From a candidate division WOR-3 bacterium (GTDB lineage: Bacteria > Hydrothermota > Tepidihabitantia > SM23-42 > CAYGYG01), in NCBI GenBank assembly GCA_965648915.1, contig CBFGIV010000002.1, forward strand, positions 32,001 through 96,000: a DNA stretch of 64,000 nucleotides, given 5' to 3'. A program made the position numbers and the translations under genes. Positions 32,432 to 42,880 of the stretch are shown one piece after another. The notes beneath the pieces were generated by a model. That model searched no databases, had not been told where the DNA came from, and worked only from the letters and a program-made list of their open reading frames with translations. Every line of letters begins with the position of its first letter. Position 1 is the stretch's first letter.

Positions 32432-32956
32432 TTATTGTCTATTTTTTAAGATCCTGGACAAGGTCTGGATCAGGGCCCGGGCCAGGGCATTGATTGCCTT
32501 TTTTACCGGTGGGGAGATGGGAGTGCCCCAGTCTAAAGATTTGGGCACGACCCCGATAATAATTACCTGAGCACCGATCGACTCTTTTATATATCGGACA
32601 AATTGACCGAGCGATAAACGATGGGTAGAAACAGCTTCGTCTTTTATCTTCTTTTCATCAATAATGGTAACGGTGCCGGGTTTATCATTGGTCTGGACCG
32701 CGTCGATAATAATGACATGTGAAGGTTGATGGGATCTAATTTTACCAGTAAAATTTTCCGGGACCTCACCGGCAATAATACACATTATTTTTTCATTAGG
32801 GCTTTTCCTCAATTCGTGGTAAATGTGTTCGGTACAGATAGCACCAAGCCCGTCGTCGGCCTTGAGTGGATTACCGACACCGACGATAGCAACCTTTTTT
32901 GCGCCTTTAATCTCCTTGAAAAAATTTTTGGGCAGGATTGTCTTTTTGGCCGGCAT
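32432..32956 (-). CDS. hycI: hydrogenase maturation protease, HycI type
   Basis: VGVGNPLKADDGLG, GEVPEN, IIIDA, STH. Confidence 0.8.
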   Translation of the reverse strand: MPAKKTILPKNFFKEIKGAKKVAIVGVGNPLKADDGLGAICTEHIYHELRKSPNEKIMCIIAGEVPENFTGKIRSHQPSHVIIIDAVQTNDKPGTVTIIDEKKIKDEAVSTHRLSLGQFVRYIKESIGAQVIIIGVVPKSLDWGTPISPPVKKAINALARALIQTLSRILKNRQ

Positions 32957-32966
32957 AATATATTAT

Positions 32967-33044
32967 ATTATATCCGAAAGAATAAAAAAAGCAAGGCAGG
33001 ATTGAAATAAATACTCTTGAAAAAATATTCTAACGGGATAGAAT
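32967..33044. promoter_or_regulatory. divergent promoter pair for hycI and yjbQ
   Basis: Minus strand TTGCTT-N16-TATAAT (32994-32967); plus strand TTGAAA-N16-TAGAAT (33017-33044). Confidence 0.6.
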
Positions 33045-33054
33045 AGAAGAGACT

Positions 33055-33471
33055 ATGTTAGAAGAGTTTACGATTTCAACCTCACAGGATGAAGAACTAA
33101 TTGATATCACCGAGAGTATAAAGAAGATAGTTCGATCGGTAAAGATAAAGAATGGGCTGGTTCATATTTTTGTCCCGCATGCCACTGCCGGAATAATTCT
33201 GAATGAGAGTGCTGATCCTAACATCAAGACCGATTTTCTTGATGCCCTGGCAAGGTGTATCCCGAAGCGGGCAAATTATCTTCACGACCGGATTGATCAT
33301 AATGCTGCGGCTCATATCAAGAGCGCACTGACCGGACCGAGCCTGATGCTGCCGCTCAAGAATGGCGAACTTCTTCTGGGTACCTGGCAGTCGATAATGT
33401 TCTGCGAATTTGATGGTCCACGATCGCGGCGTCGGATTCTGGTTCAGATTATAAAGACCGATGACGCATAA
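33055..33471 (+). CDS. yjbQ: YjbQ/UPF0047 family protein
   Basis: PHATAG..LNE.ADP, NAAAHIK, LGTWQ...EFDGPR. Confidence 0.92.
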   Translation: MLEEFTISTSQDEELIDITESIKKIVRSVKIKNGLVHIFVPHATAGIILNESADPNIKTDFLDALARCIPKRANYLHDRIDHNAAAHIKSALTGPSLMLPLKNGELLLGTWQSIMFCEFDGPRSRRRILVQIIKTDDA

Positions 33472-33500
33472 AGAGGGTCCGAGGGCTACTGGCTTATTAA

Positions 33501-34421
33501 TTAGATCGGAATCGAGACTACATTTTTTATTGCCTGGATTATTTTATCTTCAGCGGGCGGAAACCAGTGCACATCCTTGATCTTGCGGAACCAGGTCAGT
33601 TGTCTTCGGGCATAATTACGGGTATTTTTCTGGGCAAGGTGGATTGCGGCGGGCAGACTTAATCTGTTTTCAAGATAGGCGATGATCTCCTTGTAACCGA
33701 AAGTATTGAAGGCGTTCAGTTTTTTTGAAAGACCTTGGCGAAGCAGGCGTTCAACTTCACCGATTAAACCCTGGTCGATCATTCTGAGAAAACGTTCGTT
33801 GATACGCTGATACAAAACTTTGCGGGGCAGTTCTATACCGATATAATATGGTTGGTATGGGGCTGCAACTTTTTCTTTTATCCAGTCCGAAATTTTTCTG
33901 CCGGTCAATTGATAAATTTCTAACCCCCTTTTGATCCGCTGACGGTCCCGCGGGCCTACCTTTTTTGCCCAGGCCGGATCAATCCTGAGGAGTTCATTAT
34001 AGAGATGGTCGATGCCATATTTCTGTTCCAGACCATCTAAACGGGCTCTCAGTTCTGGATCGGGCCGTGGGCTCTTAAACATTGGTGTAAAAAGGGCACG
34101 GATATAAAGTCCGGATCCACCGACCACCAATGGTAATTTTTTGCGATTTAAGATATCTTTGATTATCGGCAGGGCATCTTCAGCAAATTGGCCGGCAGAA
34201 TATGATTCGGTTATCGGGAGGAAATCGATCATATGAAATCTTACGATCTGTCTCTGCTCCGAAGTTGGTTTGGCGGTGCCGATATCAAGGTCTTTATAGA
34301 TCTGACGAGAATCAGCCGAGATGATCTCAGCATTTAATTGCGGACCAATCTTAACCGCCAGTTCGGTCTTGCCTGAGGCAGTAGGACCAAGAATGACGGG
34401 GATGGTTGTTTTTTTAACCAT
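33501..34421 (-). CDS. miaA: tRNA dimethylallyltransferase
   Basis: GPTASGKT, DSRQIY..LDIGTAKP, YARRQLTW. Confidence 0.96.
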   Translation of the reverse strand: MVKKTTIPVILGPTASGKTELAVKIGPQLNAEIISADSRQIYKDLDIGTAKPTSEQRQIVRFHMIDFLPITESYSAGQFAEDALPIIKDILNRKKLPLVVGGSGLYIRALFTPMFKSPRPDPELRARLDGLEQKYGIDHLYNELLRIDPAWAKKVGPRDRQRIKRGLEIYQLTGRKISDWIKEKVAAPYQPYYIGIELPRKVLYQRINERFLRMIDQGLIGEVERLLRQGLSKKLNAFNTFGYKEIIAYLENRLSLPAAIHLAQKNTRNYARRQLTWFRKIKDVHWFPPAEDKIIQAIKNVVSIPI

Positions 34422-34429
34422 TAAAGTTA

Positions 34430-36016
34430 CTAAGTCCGGCCAAAGCGGTGGGCAAGGTCATCGAGTGAAAATTTGATCACGGTCGGACGACCATGTGGAC
34501 AGAGATATGGATTTTCGCAGGCGAAGAGTCGATCAATCAGGTTCTGCATCTCGGCGGGAGTCAATCGGTCGCCAGCCTTGATTGCGGTTTTACAGGCAAT
34601 GACCTTGGCAACTTCCTCCCTTTTTTTTATTAACTCGGCTTTGAGTTCAGATAATTCGACAAAGAGATTCTTCAACTCATCCCGATTCAATTTTGTACCG
34701 GCCGGCAATGTATCAATAACAATTACATTGGCCGAAAACTCCTTGGCCTCGATGCCCATTTCCGCAAGGGAGTCTTTTATCGACTTAAAGGTCTCAAACT
34801 CCTGCGCGTTTAGTTCAACAATGACCGGGAAGAGGAGGCGTTGAATACCGGGTTTATTTTTTAGAATTGTTTCAAAGATTATCCGTTCATGAGCAACATG
34901 CTGATCGACGACGATCATACCGTTCTTGGTCTGGGCAATAATGTAGGTATTATGGAGTTGCCAGAACTCTTCTCCTTTTTCCTGCTCCTCTCCTGTGGGG
35001 TACTCGAGATATCCTTCCCGTAGCGAGATGACTCTTTCGGCCGTCGGTTTGAGATTTTTCTTTATTGCTTGAAAGATAAAATCCTGAGCATATCTTTCAT
35101 CGCGAAATTTAATTTCAGTTTTGGCCGGGTGGATATTGACATCGACAAACTCCGGGTCAGATTTTATATAAAGGATGAAGTTGGGTCGAGACTGTGGATT
35201 GCCCAGGGCATCAAGGATTGTTCGGTAGATGGCGCGATGTTGAACTGGCCGCTGATTGACAAAGATACTCTGGAAATTTTCAGCGCGCGATGAACTAACC
35301 GGTTGTTGCAAAAAACCGGTAACGCTGAGCGGCGCACCGGCCTCCTCAAATAAGATAAGTTCTGAAAAACTCTTAGGGAAGAGCTGCCTTACCCTTGACC
35401 TATAATCTTTTACCGATTCAAACTGGAAGAGAATCTTACCATCGGCCGTCAACTTGAAAATTGGGGTGGGATTTGTCAAAATGTAGTTATGGACAACTTC
35501 TACCACTCCTCTCTTTTCATACTCGGTTGATTTTAAAAAATTTCGGCGTACCGGAAAGTTATAAAAAAGATCGAAGACCGAAACGGTTGTCCCGTAGTCC
35601 CGTGCCCAATCGACCACTTCTTTCAATTCGCCGCCTGCAACAACGATTTTTGTTCCAATATTTTCAGTTCGGGCCCGGGTTTCAATAATTAATTTCGAAA
35701 CTGCGCCGATACTGGCCAGGGCCTCGCCCCGAAATCCATAGGTTGAGATGCGAGAGAGGTCATCGACATCAAGAATTTTGCTGGTTGCATACCGGTTGAC
35801 CGAAAGCAAGGCATCAGATAGATCCATCCCGACTCCATTATCACTTACCAATATTTTCTCTTTACCCCCCTGATTGATCTCAATTTCGATTTTTTGAGCA
35901 TCAGCATCAAGTGCATTTTCAATGAGTTCCTTAACCACTCCCTTGGGATTCTGGATAACCTCGCCGGCAGCGATCTTATTTCTTACCTCATCATCGAGGA
36001 TTTTAATTTTACCCAT
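34430..36016 (-). CDS. mutL: DNA mismatch repair endonuclease MutL
   Basis: IAAGEV, GFRGEAL, DVNIHP.K, DQHVAHER, CPHGRP. Confidence 0.96.
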   Translation of the reverse strand: MGKIKILDDEVRNKIAAGEVIQNPKGVVKELIENALDADAQKIEIEINQGGKEKILVSDNGVGMDLSDALLSVNRYATSKILDVDDLSRISTYGFRGEALASIGAVSKLIIETRARTENIGTKIVVAGGELKEVVDWARDYGTTVSVFDLFYNFPVRRNFLKSTEYEKRGVVEVVHNYILTNPTPIFKLTADGKILFQFESVKDYRSRVRQLFPKSFSELILFEEAGAPLSVTGFLQQPVSSSRAENFQSIFVNQRPVQHRAIYRTILDALGNPQSRPNFILYIKSDPEFVDVNIHPAKTEIKFRDERYAQDFIFQAIKKNLKPTAERVISLREGYLEYPTGEEQEKGEEFWQLHNTYIIAQTKNGMIVVDQHVAHERIIFETILKNKPGIQRLLFPVIVELNAQEFETFKSIKDSLAEMGIEAKEFSANVIVIDTLPAGTKLNRDELKNLFVELSELKAELIKKREEVAKVIACKTAIKAGDRLTPAEMQNLIDRLFACENPYLCPHGRPTVIKFSLDDLAHRFGRT

Positions 36017-36042
36017 TGCGTAATCTCAGGTAAAAAACTGGT

Positions 36043-37092
36043 TTACTGATGATGGTTACCCTGGGCGAATCGACCGCGAATGTACTCGGCCCTCTTCACA
36101 TCCCTCTCGGTGCTGTCCATTGGTTTATCATAAATAATCTGGAGATTAGCCGGTCGGGTAAAGATTAAAATTTCATTCAGGGTCTGAATTGAAACGCCTT
36201 TGATGTAGCCCAGACCGATACCGAGGCGAACCGCCGAGATAAGGTTTATCGCCTCATCGGTTGAGATGGTTCGAGCGGATTTAAGGATTGCCTCAGCCCG
36301 AAATATTTTGTCTTCGATCTCGGCCTTTGCCTTTTCTAAGAGGGTCATCCGCGCCTTTTTTTCAAAATCAATCAGTTGGTAAGCAACCTTCTCAATAATT
36401 TCTAAAGTCTCTTCTTCTTTCTGCCCAAGCGTGATTCGGTTTGAGATCTGGAAGAGATGTCCTTTAGTTTCGCTACCCTCACCAAATATTCCGCGAACTG
36501 CAAGCCCAATCTGATATATACCCCGTAAAACCTTTTCTGCTTCTCGAGTTAAAATCAATGCGGGGAGGTGGAAAAATAGACTGGCCCGAAGTCCGGTACC
36601 GAGGTTGGTGGGGCAGGATGATATGTAACCGAACTCTTCATCGAAGGCGAATTCAACCTCTTCATCGAGTTGACTTTCCAATTGGTTAACCATCTGGTAG
36701 GTCTCATTAAGACTTAGTCCCGATTTTATCGCCTGAATTCGAAGGTGATCCTCTTCGTTAATCATTGTTGAAGTATAACCGTCATCACTTAAAAAGAGCG
36801 CCTTTTTATGCTCACTTTGAATAAAGGCCGGTGAGATAAGATGCTGTTCAAGCAAGGCCTGGACCTCAAGTGGTGTTAAACTCATAATATCGATAAAACG
36901 TCCCGGGATAACCTTACCCAGGGCAGTCTTGAGGAGTTCTAAGAGTTCGATTTCCTTAGATTCATTTAATTTTATTTCAAAGGGGAAGCCATTTATGTTT
37001 CTTGCCAGGCGGACCCGGCTTGAGAGGACGATCTCGTCTTCCTTCCCTTTTTCCTTGAGCCAGTTAAGGTGACTGGTCAACATTTTCTCCAT
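36043..37092 (-). CDS. mcsB: protein arginine kinase
   Basis: SSRVRLARN, INEEDHLRIQ, CPTNLGTGLRAS, FQISN. Confidence 0.92.
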   Translation of the reverse strand: MEKMLTSHLNWLKEKGKEDEIVLSSRVRLARNINGFPFEIKLNESKEIELLELLKTALGKVIPGRFIDIMSLTPLEVQALLEQHLISPAFIQSEHKKALFLSDDGYTSTMINEEDHLRIQAIKSGLSLNETYQMVNQLESQLDEEVEFAFDEEFGYISSCPTNLGTGLRASLFFHLPALILTREAEKVLRGIYQIGLAVRGIFGEGSETKGHLFQISNRITLGQKEEETLEIIEKVAYQLIDFEKKARMTLLEKAKAEIEDKIFRAEAILKSARTISTDEAINLISAVRLGIGLGYIKGVSIQTLNEILIFTRPANLQIIYDKPMDSTERDVKRAEYIRGRFAQGNHHQ

Positions 37093-37549
37093 ATTTTTTT
37101 AAAAGATCTCTGAGTTCAGCAGCCCTTTCGTAATTCTCATGCTGAAGGGCCTCTTTGAGTTCAGTTTTGAGTCGGATGATTTCACCCACGATCCCACGTT
37201 TTTCTTTTTTGGGGATACGACCGATATGCTGCTGGACACCATGAATACTCATAATGATTGGCACAATGCGGGAACGAAAGGCGCGCACACACTCAGCACA
37301 GCCAAAACGCTGGAAGCGCCGGAATTCAGCAAAGGAGAGGAGGCATTTAGGACAGATCAGGGTTGCGTCATCGAATGCATCACTCTTGAGCATATTCTTA
37401 AGAATCTCAATCGGCAATTGATTTTTTTTGACAATGATCCCGCGTTTTTCGGCGCATTCATCACAGAGGTGCATCTCAATCATTTTATCCTGAGAGGCTT
37501 CTTTGTAAACTTTTGTTGCTTTATTTTTTTTGCAGTCATCACACAGCAT
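37064..37549 (-). CDS. mcsA: McsA (CxxC zinc motifs + UVR domain)
   Basis: [33 protein letters not shown]. Confidence 0.88.
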   Translation of the reverse strand: MLCDDCKKNKATKVYKEASQDKMIEMHLCDECAEKRGIIVKKNQLPIEILKNMLKSDAFDDATLICPKCLLSFAEFRRFQRFGCAECVRAFRSRIVPIIMSIHGVQQHIGRIPKKEKRGIVGEIIRLKTELKEALQHENYERAAELRDLLKKYGENVDQSP

Positions 37550-38225
37550 ATAACCTTCCTTCAATCAGATTGAAGATACGATCAGCCTGGGTTGCAATCG
37601 CCTGGTTATGGGTTACCAGGATGATCGTTAAATTATTTTCTTCTCTGAGTTTCAAAAATGTTTTCATCAACATTTCACCATTTTTGGTATCGAGATTACC
37701 GGTTGGTTCATCGGCCAGGATAAGATGCGGGTTATTGATCAGGGCCCGGGCAACGGCCACCCTCTGTCTTTCACCACCCGAAAGTCGATCCGGTCGAAAT
37801 CGGCTCCGTTCTTTAAGTCCCATCTGTTCAATGAGCGCTGCGGCACGTAACCAGGATTCCTGCCGATTGCTGTTGGCGATCAATGCGGGCAGGGCGACAT
37901 TTTCGATCAGATTGAATTCGGGGAGAAGGTGATGGAATTGAAAGACAAAGCCGATATAGCGATTGCGCAATCGAGCCAGTTCATCGCTGTTTAACTCAGA
38001 GAGGTCAGTGGAGTTGAAGAAGATCTTACCCCGGGTGGGGAGATCGAGGGTGCCCAGGATGTTTAACAGGGTTGACTTGCCTGAACCCGATGGACCAACA
38101 ATAGCAACGATTTCGCCCCTTGTTACCTCAAGATTAATATCTTTCAGAACTTCGATTTTTTCATTGGGCAGGATGTAATCTTTGGCCAGTGACCGGACCG
38201 AGAGGATGATTGAATTATGATTCAT
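37539..38225 (-). CDS. lolD: lipoprotein-releasing ABC ATPase
   Basis: [36 protein letters not shown]. Confidence 0.9.
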   Translation of the reverse strand: MNHNSIILSVRSLAKDYILPNEKIEVLKDINLEVTRGEIVAIVGPSGSGKSTLLNILGTLDLPTRGKIFFNSTDLSELNSDELARLRNRYIGFVFQFHHLLPEFNLIENVALPALIANSNRQESWLRAAALIEQMGLKERSRFRPDRLSGGERQRVAVARALINNPHLILADEPTGNLDTKNGEMLMKTFLKLREENNLTIILVTHNQAIATQADRIFNLIEGRLYAV

Positions 38226-39402
38226 AACGGATTGCATCAACGATTGTTAACCTCGATGCCAGATAGGCCGGATAGAGTGAGGCGGTAAATGAGATTAAGA
38301 CCGCCGCAATCGCGACGAGAAGAAAATCGGTCAGATTCATCTCAACTGGTAGGGTTTCAATAAAATAGACATCACCGGGCAGATTAATTACTTTCCATCG
38401 ATTTAACAAGGAACAGGCGATAAGGCTGAAGGCGACACCAAGGGCGGTGCCAACTATACCGATGGTTGTTCCTTTATAGATAAATATCCTCATAATCTCT
38501 TTTGACCTTGCCCCCATCGACTTCAGGATACCGATTTCTTTAATCTTTTTGTTGACAAGCATTAACAGGACGCCAATGATATTGAAGGCCGCAACCAGCA
38601 CGATTAATAGAAGAACGATAAAAGCCAGGGCCTTTTCAAATTTCAAGGCGGCAAAGAGTGAATGATTCAATTTTATCCAGTCTAAGACTTTATAGGGATA
38701 ACCGATCGTGCGCTCGATTAGCCGGGCATAATGGGGGGTCTTATAGATATCTTTGACCCGTAGTTCGATACCGGAGACCTTATCCTTCAGGTCGTAAAGT
38801 TTCTGAACCTCACTTAAAGAGAGATATACAAAACTTGAGTTGTATTCATACATCCCGAGATCAAAAACCCCTTTGAGGATAAAACGCTGGGCAGCGGGCA
38901 GAATACCGAAGGTTGTACTGAAGGGTGTTGCGATCAGGATCGTATCCCCGACCCGGGCGTTGAGGGAATGGCTGAGATCAATCCCGAGCACCACACTCTT
39001 GCCCTCGAGATCGAATTCACCATCGACAATATTCTTTGCGACATCGGTTATCTTTGCTTCCAGCTCCGGGATAACACCTTTTATTACCACGCCATCGGTA
39101 TTGCGTTTAAATCGAATAATCGATTTGGTGTAGATAAAAGGTGCCGAACTTTCGATGAATTCGAAATTCTTTAATTGATCAACCACTGACTGGTAATCAG
39201 ATATTGGTTCATTAAAATATTTCTGAATCAGGATGTGGGGTGTCCCGCCCAGGATGCGCCGTTTTAATTCATTCTGAAAACCATTCATAATGGAAAGTGT
39301 TATTAAAAGACAACTAACACCAACAAAGACGCCACCGGTGGCAATGATTGTCGTTAAGCGCGAGGTCAGGTAGCGTCGGGCAACAAAGAATTCGAAACTC
39401 AT
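38215..39402 (-). CDS. lolC: lipoprotein-releasing permease LolC/E
   Basis: FE.FVARRYL, SIMNGF, VAAFNI, EIGILKSMGA, LYPA. Confidence 0.88.
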   Translation of the reverse strand: MSFEFFVARRYLTSRLTTIIATGGVFVGVSCLLITLSIMNGFQNELKRRILGGTPHILIQKYFNEPISDYQSVVDQLKNFEFIESSAPFIYTKSIIRFKRNTDGVVIKGVIPELEAKITDVAKNIVDGEFDLEGKSVVLGIDLSHSLNARVGDTILIATPFSTTFGILPAAQRFILKGVFDLGMYEYNSSFVYLSLSEVQKLYDLKDKVSGIELRVKDIYKTPHYARLIERTIGYPYKVLDWIKLNHSLFAALKFEKALAFIVLLLIVLVAAFNIIGVLLMLVNKKIKEIGILKSMGARSKEIMRIFIYKGTTIGIVGTALGVAFSLIACSLLNRWKVINLPGDVYFIETLPVEMNLTDFLLVAIAAVLISFTASLYPAYLASRLTIVDAIRYES

Positions 39403-40850
39403 TCCTTCCTTAGATGGGGAAAGATTATGACATCCCTTAATGAAGGTCGGTCGAGAAGGACCATGCAGAGGCGATCGATACCAATCCCCAGTCCTCCGGT
39501 AGGCGGCATACCGTGCTCGAGGGCGAGAAGGAAATCTTCATCTATTTCACCAATGCCTTCCTCCTGGGCTTGGAGTTGCTCTTCAAATCGTTTTCTCTGT
39601 TCAATCGGATCGTTTAATTCGGAAAAGGCATTAGCCAGTTCGATACCGAAGATGACCAGTTCAAACCGTTCGACCAGGTCCGGATGCTTCCGGTGTTGTT
39701 TGGCAAGAGGTGAGATCAGTTTGGGATGGTCACAGACAAAGGTCGGTTCAGTAATTTTTTTCTGAACCAGTTCTTCAAAGAGTTTATCGATCATTTTACC
39801 TTTTGAAATATCCTCACTAAATTTCAGGCCAAATTTTGCGCCTTCTTTACTGAGGACTTCTTTATCCAGGTCCAGCGGATTTTTACCCAGGATGCTTTGC
39901 AACTCATCGAGGTAAAAGATCTTTCGGAAGGGTTTTTTCAATTCTACCGATTCTCCCTGGAAGTGGAGATGATTACTATTATTCAATCCTTTTACCAGAA
40001 AGATTAAAAGATCCTCAACCAGACCCATGATATCATTGTAGTCCCGGTATGCCTCATAGGCCTCGAGCATTGTAAACTCTGGGTTGTGGAAACGGTCCAC
40101 CCCTTCATTACGAAAATCTTTGGCAATTTCGTAGACCTTCTCATAGCCACCAACGATCAACCGCTTTAAGTAAAGTTCATCAGCGATTCTCAGATAGACT
40201 TCAGAATCGAGGGCTTGATAATAGGACTTAAATGGACGGGCGGAGGCCCCGCCGTAGACGGGCTGAAGCACGGGTGTTTCGACTTCAAGAAAACCCCGCT
40301 CGTTTAAGAAAGTTCTTATCATATTACATATCCGGGTGCGCGCCTTGAAGAGTTTTCTTGTCTCTTCATTGGCAATCAGATCGAGATAGCGGTAGCGATA
40401 TCTCAGTTCGACATCTTTAAGCCCGTGCCACTTTTCTGGCAGAGGTCTAAGGGATTTGGCCAAAATCATAAAATCATCGACCAGAATCGTAATCTCACCA
40501 GTTTTGGTCTTGAAGACCTTGCCCCGGGCACCAAGAAAATCACCGATGTCGATAAATTCGACAAGGTTAAACTTTTCACCGAGGTCATCGGCGCGCAAAT
40601 ATAACTGGATTTTACCCGATTCGTCACCGAGGTGGAGGAAGATGGTCCTGCCGTGCCTGCGAATCGAGAGGATTCGACCACAAACTGAAACCTTTGTTTC
40701 TTTTGAAGATAGATCTTCAAACCATTCAATGATCTGGGTCGCAGTGTGGGACCGTTCAAAACGGTAAGGGTAAGGGAGAACTCCTTTCTCGAGGAGTCGC
40801 TCGCGTTTCAGTTTTCTGATTTCTTCTTCTTTTACCTGTTGTTGTGCCAT
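39399..40850 (-). CDS. lysS: lysine--tRNA ligase (class II)
   Basis: LPEKWHGL, YRYRYLDL, FRNEG...HNPEFT, GMPPTGGLGIGIDR. Confidence 0.97.
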   Translation of the reverse strand: MAQQQVKEEEIRKLKRERLLEKGVLPYPYRFERSHTATQIIEWFEDLSSKETKVSVCGRILSIRRHGRTIFLHLGDESGKIQLYLRADDLGEKFNLVEFIDIGDFLGARGKVFKTKTGEITILVDDFMILAKSLRPLPEKWHGLKDVELRYRYRYLDLIANEETRKLFKARTRICNMIRTFLNERGFLEVETPVLQPVYGGASARPFKSYYQALDSEVYLRIADELYLKRLIVGGYEKVYEIAKDFRNEGVDRFHNPEFTMLEAYEAYRDYNDIMGLVEDLLIFLVKGLNNSNHLHFQGESVELKKPFRKIFYLDELQSILGKNPLDLDKEVLSKEGAKFGLKFSEDISKGKMIDKLFEELVQKKITEPTFVCDHPKLISPLAKQHRKHPDLVERFELVIFGIELANAFSELNDPIEQRKRFEEQLQAQEEGIGEIDEDFLLALEHGMPPTGGLGIGIDRLCMVLLDRPSLRDVIIFPHLRKE

Positions 40851-40857
40851 CAGGATA

Positions 40858-40885
40858 ATAATATTGATTAAAATACAAAAGTCAA
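40858..40885 (-). promoter_or_regulatory. lysS promoter (probably leaderless)
   Basis: TTGACT-N16-TATTAT, 7 nt before ATG. Confidence 0.7.
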
Positions 40886-40959
40886 GAAGATTGGTTGGGC
40901 TGAGTTCAAAGATTGGCTCTGCTTAAAAGCGATTTAATTTACTCAATATATGTGAAATT

Positions 40960-41298
40960 TTACTTGGCAAGGAGATTTTTTATTTCCTCCAGTTCTCCTT
41001 TGATTTCTTTAATTATTTCACCTGGTTTTTTGAAAGGCAGAGGGATTTGTTCAATCTCTTCTTTTTTCATTGTGAGAAGTTTTTTTCGTGCACCATCGAT
41101 GGTAAATCCTTCTTCGTAAAGAAGTTTTTTGATGTTGGAGACAATCTCGAGATCGCGCCTCGTATAGACTCTTCGGCCGGCACGGTTCTTTTTAGGACGA
41201 AGCATCTTAAATTCCTTTTCCCAGTATCTAAGTACATAAGGGGGTAGTTCTAAGATCCGGGCTGCTTCATTTATTGAATAGAATTGTTTTTCAATCAT
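40960..41298 (-). CDS. MerR-family HTH regulator
   Basis: YSI.E.......YVLRYWE.EF..L.P.K...GRR.Y. Confidence 0.88.
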   Translation of the reverse strand: MIEKQFYSINEAARILELPPYVLRYWEKEFKMLRPKKNRAGRRVYTRRDLEIVSNIKKLLYEEGFTIDGARKKLLTMKKEEIEQIPLPFKKPGEIIKEIKGELEEIKNLLAK

Positions 41299-42293
41299 AA
41301 TGCCTCCTTTTTTAATGGACGACCCATCAATTCCTTGAGCCCTTCAGATGGAGATTTCCCCTTAAAGAGTATCTCGTAGATAATAAAGGTTATTGGCATT
41401 TCGACATTATTCCGCTCTGCCAGTTGACAGGCGGCGATGGTCGTATTGACACCTTCAGCAACCATCACCATATCTTTAAGGGCTTCTTGCAAATTTTTAC
41501 CCTGACCGATCTTTTCGCCCAGATGGCGGTTGCGGGAGTGAGGACTGGTTGCGGTGGTTATTAAATCGCCGACTCCGGAAAGCCCGGCAAAGGTGGCGGC
41601 GGACGCACCCATCTTCAATCCTAACCTCGTAATCTCCACAATACCCCGGGTGATTAAAGCCCCGCGGGCATTGGCGCCGAGATTGAGTCCATCACTGATA
41701 CCACAGGCAATGGCAATGACATTTTTTAAGGCACCGCCCAATTCGACGCCAATTATATCGTCCGAATAGTAAATTCGGAAATAATCCGTAGCGATATTTT
41801 CCTGAATAATTCTTGCGGTCGATTCCTCCTTTGAGGCAATCACGACCGAAGTCGGCTTCTGGAGGATGACCTCATTAGCAATACAGGGACCGGAGAGAAC
41901 TGCGATCTGGCTCGAATCTTTCACAAGTTTACTCTCGATAATTTCTGACATACGCATCAGGGTTTTGGCCTCGATCCCTTTGATCAGGCTCAAATAGAAA
42001 AGGGGGGGCTTTCTAATGGGTGCCATCTGTTCAACCACTGAACGGAGAACAGTCGAAGGTAAGGCAAAGACACAGATCTCAGCACCATTCATTGCTTCAT
42101 CGAGGCGGCTGGTAATATAAATATTCTGAGGTATTGGTACCCCGATCAAAAATGGCTCATTATTCCTTGTCTGATTAACCCTTTGCGCCCTTACGGAGTC
42201 AAATTCCCAGATTGTTACCTGATGGCCCTTCCTTGATAAGAGAATACCGAAGACTGACCCCCAGTTGCCGCACCCTAAGATAGTAACTTTCAT
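41295..42293 (-). CDS. gpsA: NAD(P)H-dependent glycerol-3-phosphate dehydrogenase
   Basis: GCGNWG, LSGP, GVELGGALKNVIAI, GLSGVGDL, SRN. Confidence 0.95.
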   Translation of the reverse strand: MKVTILGCGNWGSVFGILLSRKGHQVTIWEFDSVRAQRVNQTRNNEPFLIGVPIPQNIYITSRLDEAMNGAEICVFALPSTVLRSVVEQMAPIRKPPLFYLSLIKGIEAKTLMRMSEIIESKLVKDSSQIAVLSGPCIANEVILQKPTSVVIASKEESTARIIQENIATDYFRIYYSDDIIGVELGGALKNVIAIACGISDGLNLGANARGALITRGIVEITRLGLKMGASAATFAGLSGVGDLITTATSPHSRNRHLGEKIGQGKNLQEALKDMVMVAEGVNTTIAACQLAERNNVEMPITFIIYEILFKGKSPSEGLKELMGRPLKKEAL

Positions 42294-42877
42294 TCCTTTC
42301 TCCAGATGATGGTCTTAGGTTCAGATTTTTTAATCAGACGCCTGATATTGGGTAGATGGGTGGAGAAGATCAACAGGACAACAATCAAGACGGCAATCTG
42401 ATTGACCGGATTTTTTTCGCCCCAGAGAAAGTTAAAAAAGGCAAAGGCAGTGGCGAAACATAATGAGGCAAGCGATACATAGAAAGTGGTGAGGTAGACG
42501 ATGATCCAGACCACAAGTCCAATTAAAAAAATCCTGGGAAATATTGACGCCAGGACCCCAATTGAAGTTGCTACGCCTTTACCACCACGGAATTTAAGGA
42601 AAGGGGTGAAGATATGTCCGAGGATTGCTCCCAGCCCGGCCAGAAAGGGATTGAGATTTAAAAATTTGCCGATCATAACTGCGGCTATCCCTTTCAGGGC
42701 ATCGAGCATGAAGACAAGCAAAAAATACTTTGGTCCGAGGGCCCGGCCAACATTGGTCGCACCAACATTGCCACTACCGAAATGGCGCAGATTGATATTT
42801 TTTATTCGGGCGATTAAAAAACCGAACGGAATCGAGCCGATGGCAAAACCAACCATTAGAACGATTACTTCGTTCAT
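42290..42877 (-). CDS. plsY: glycerol-3-phosphate acyltransferase
   Basis: GSIPFG, GSGNVGATN, FRGGKGVAT, H..NI.RL. Confidence 0.95.
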   Translation of the reverse strand: MNEVIVLMVGFAIGSIPFGFLIARIKNINLRHFGSGNVGATNVGRALGPKYFLLVFMLDALKGIAAVMIGKFLNLNPFLAGLGAILGHIFTPFLKFRGGKGVATSIGVLASIFPRIFLIGLVVWIIVYLTTFYVSLASLCFATAFAFFNFLWGEKNPVNQIAVLIVVLLIFSTHLPNIRRLIKKSEPKTIIWRKE

Positions 42878-42880
42878 CGA

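Noticed and set aside
32432..32956. Hydrogenase locus
   Set aside because: Only an orphan HycI-type protease is present; there are no hydrogenase subunits in the window.
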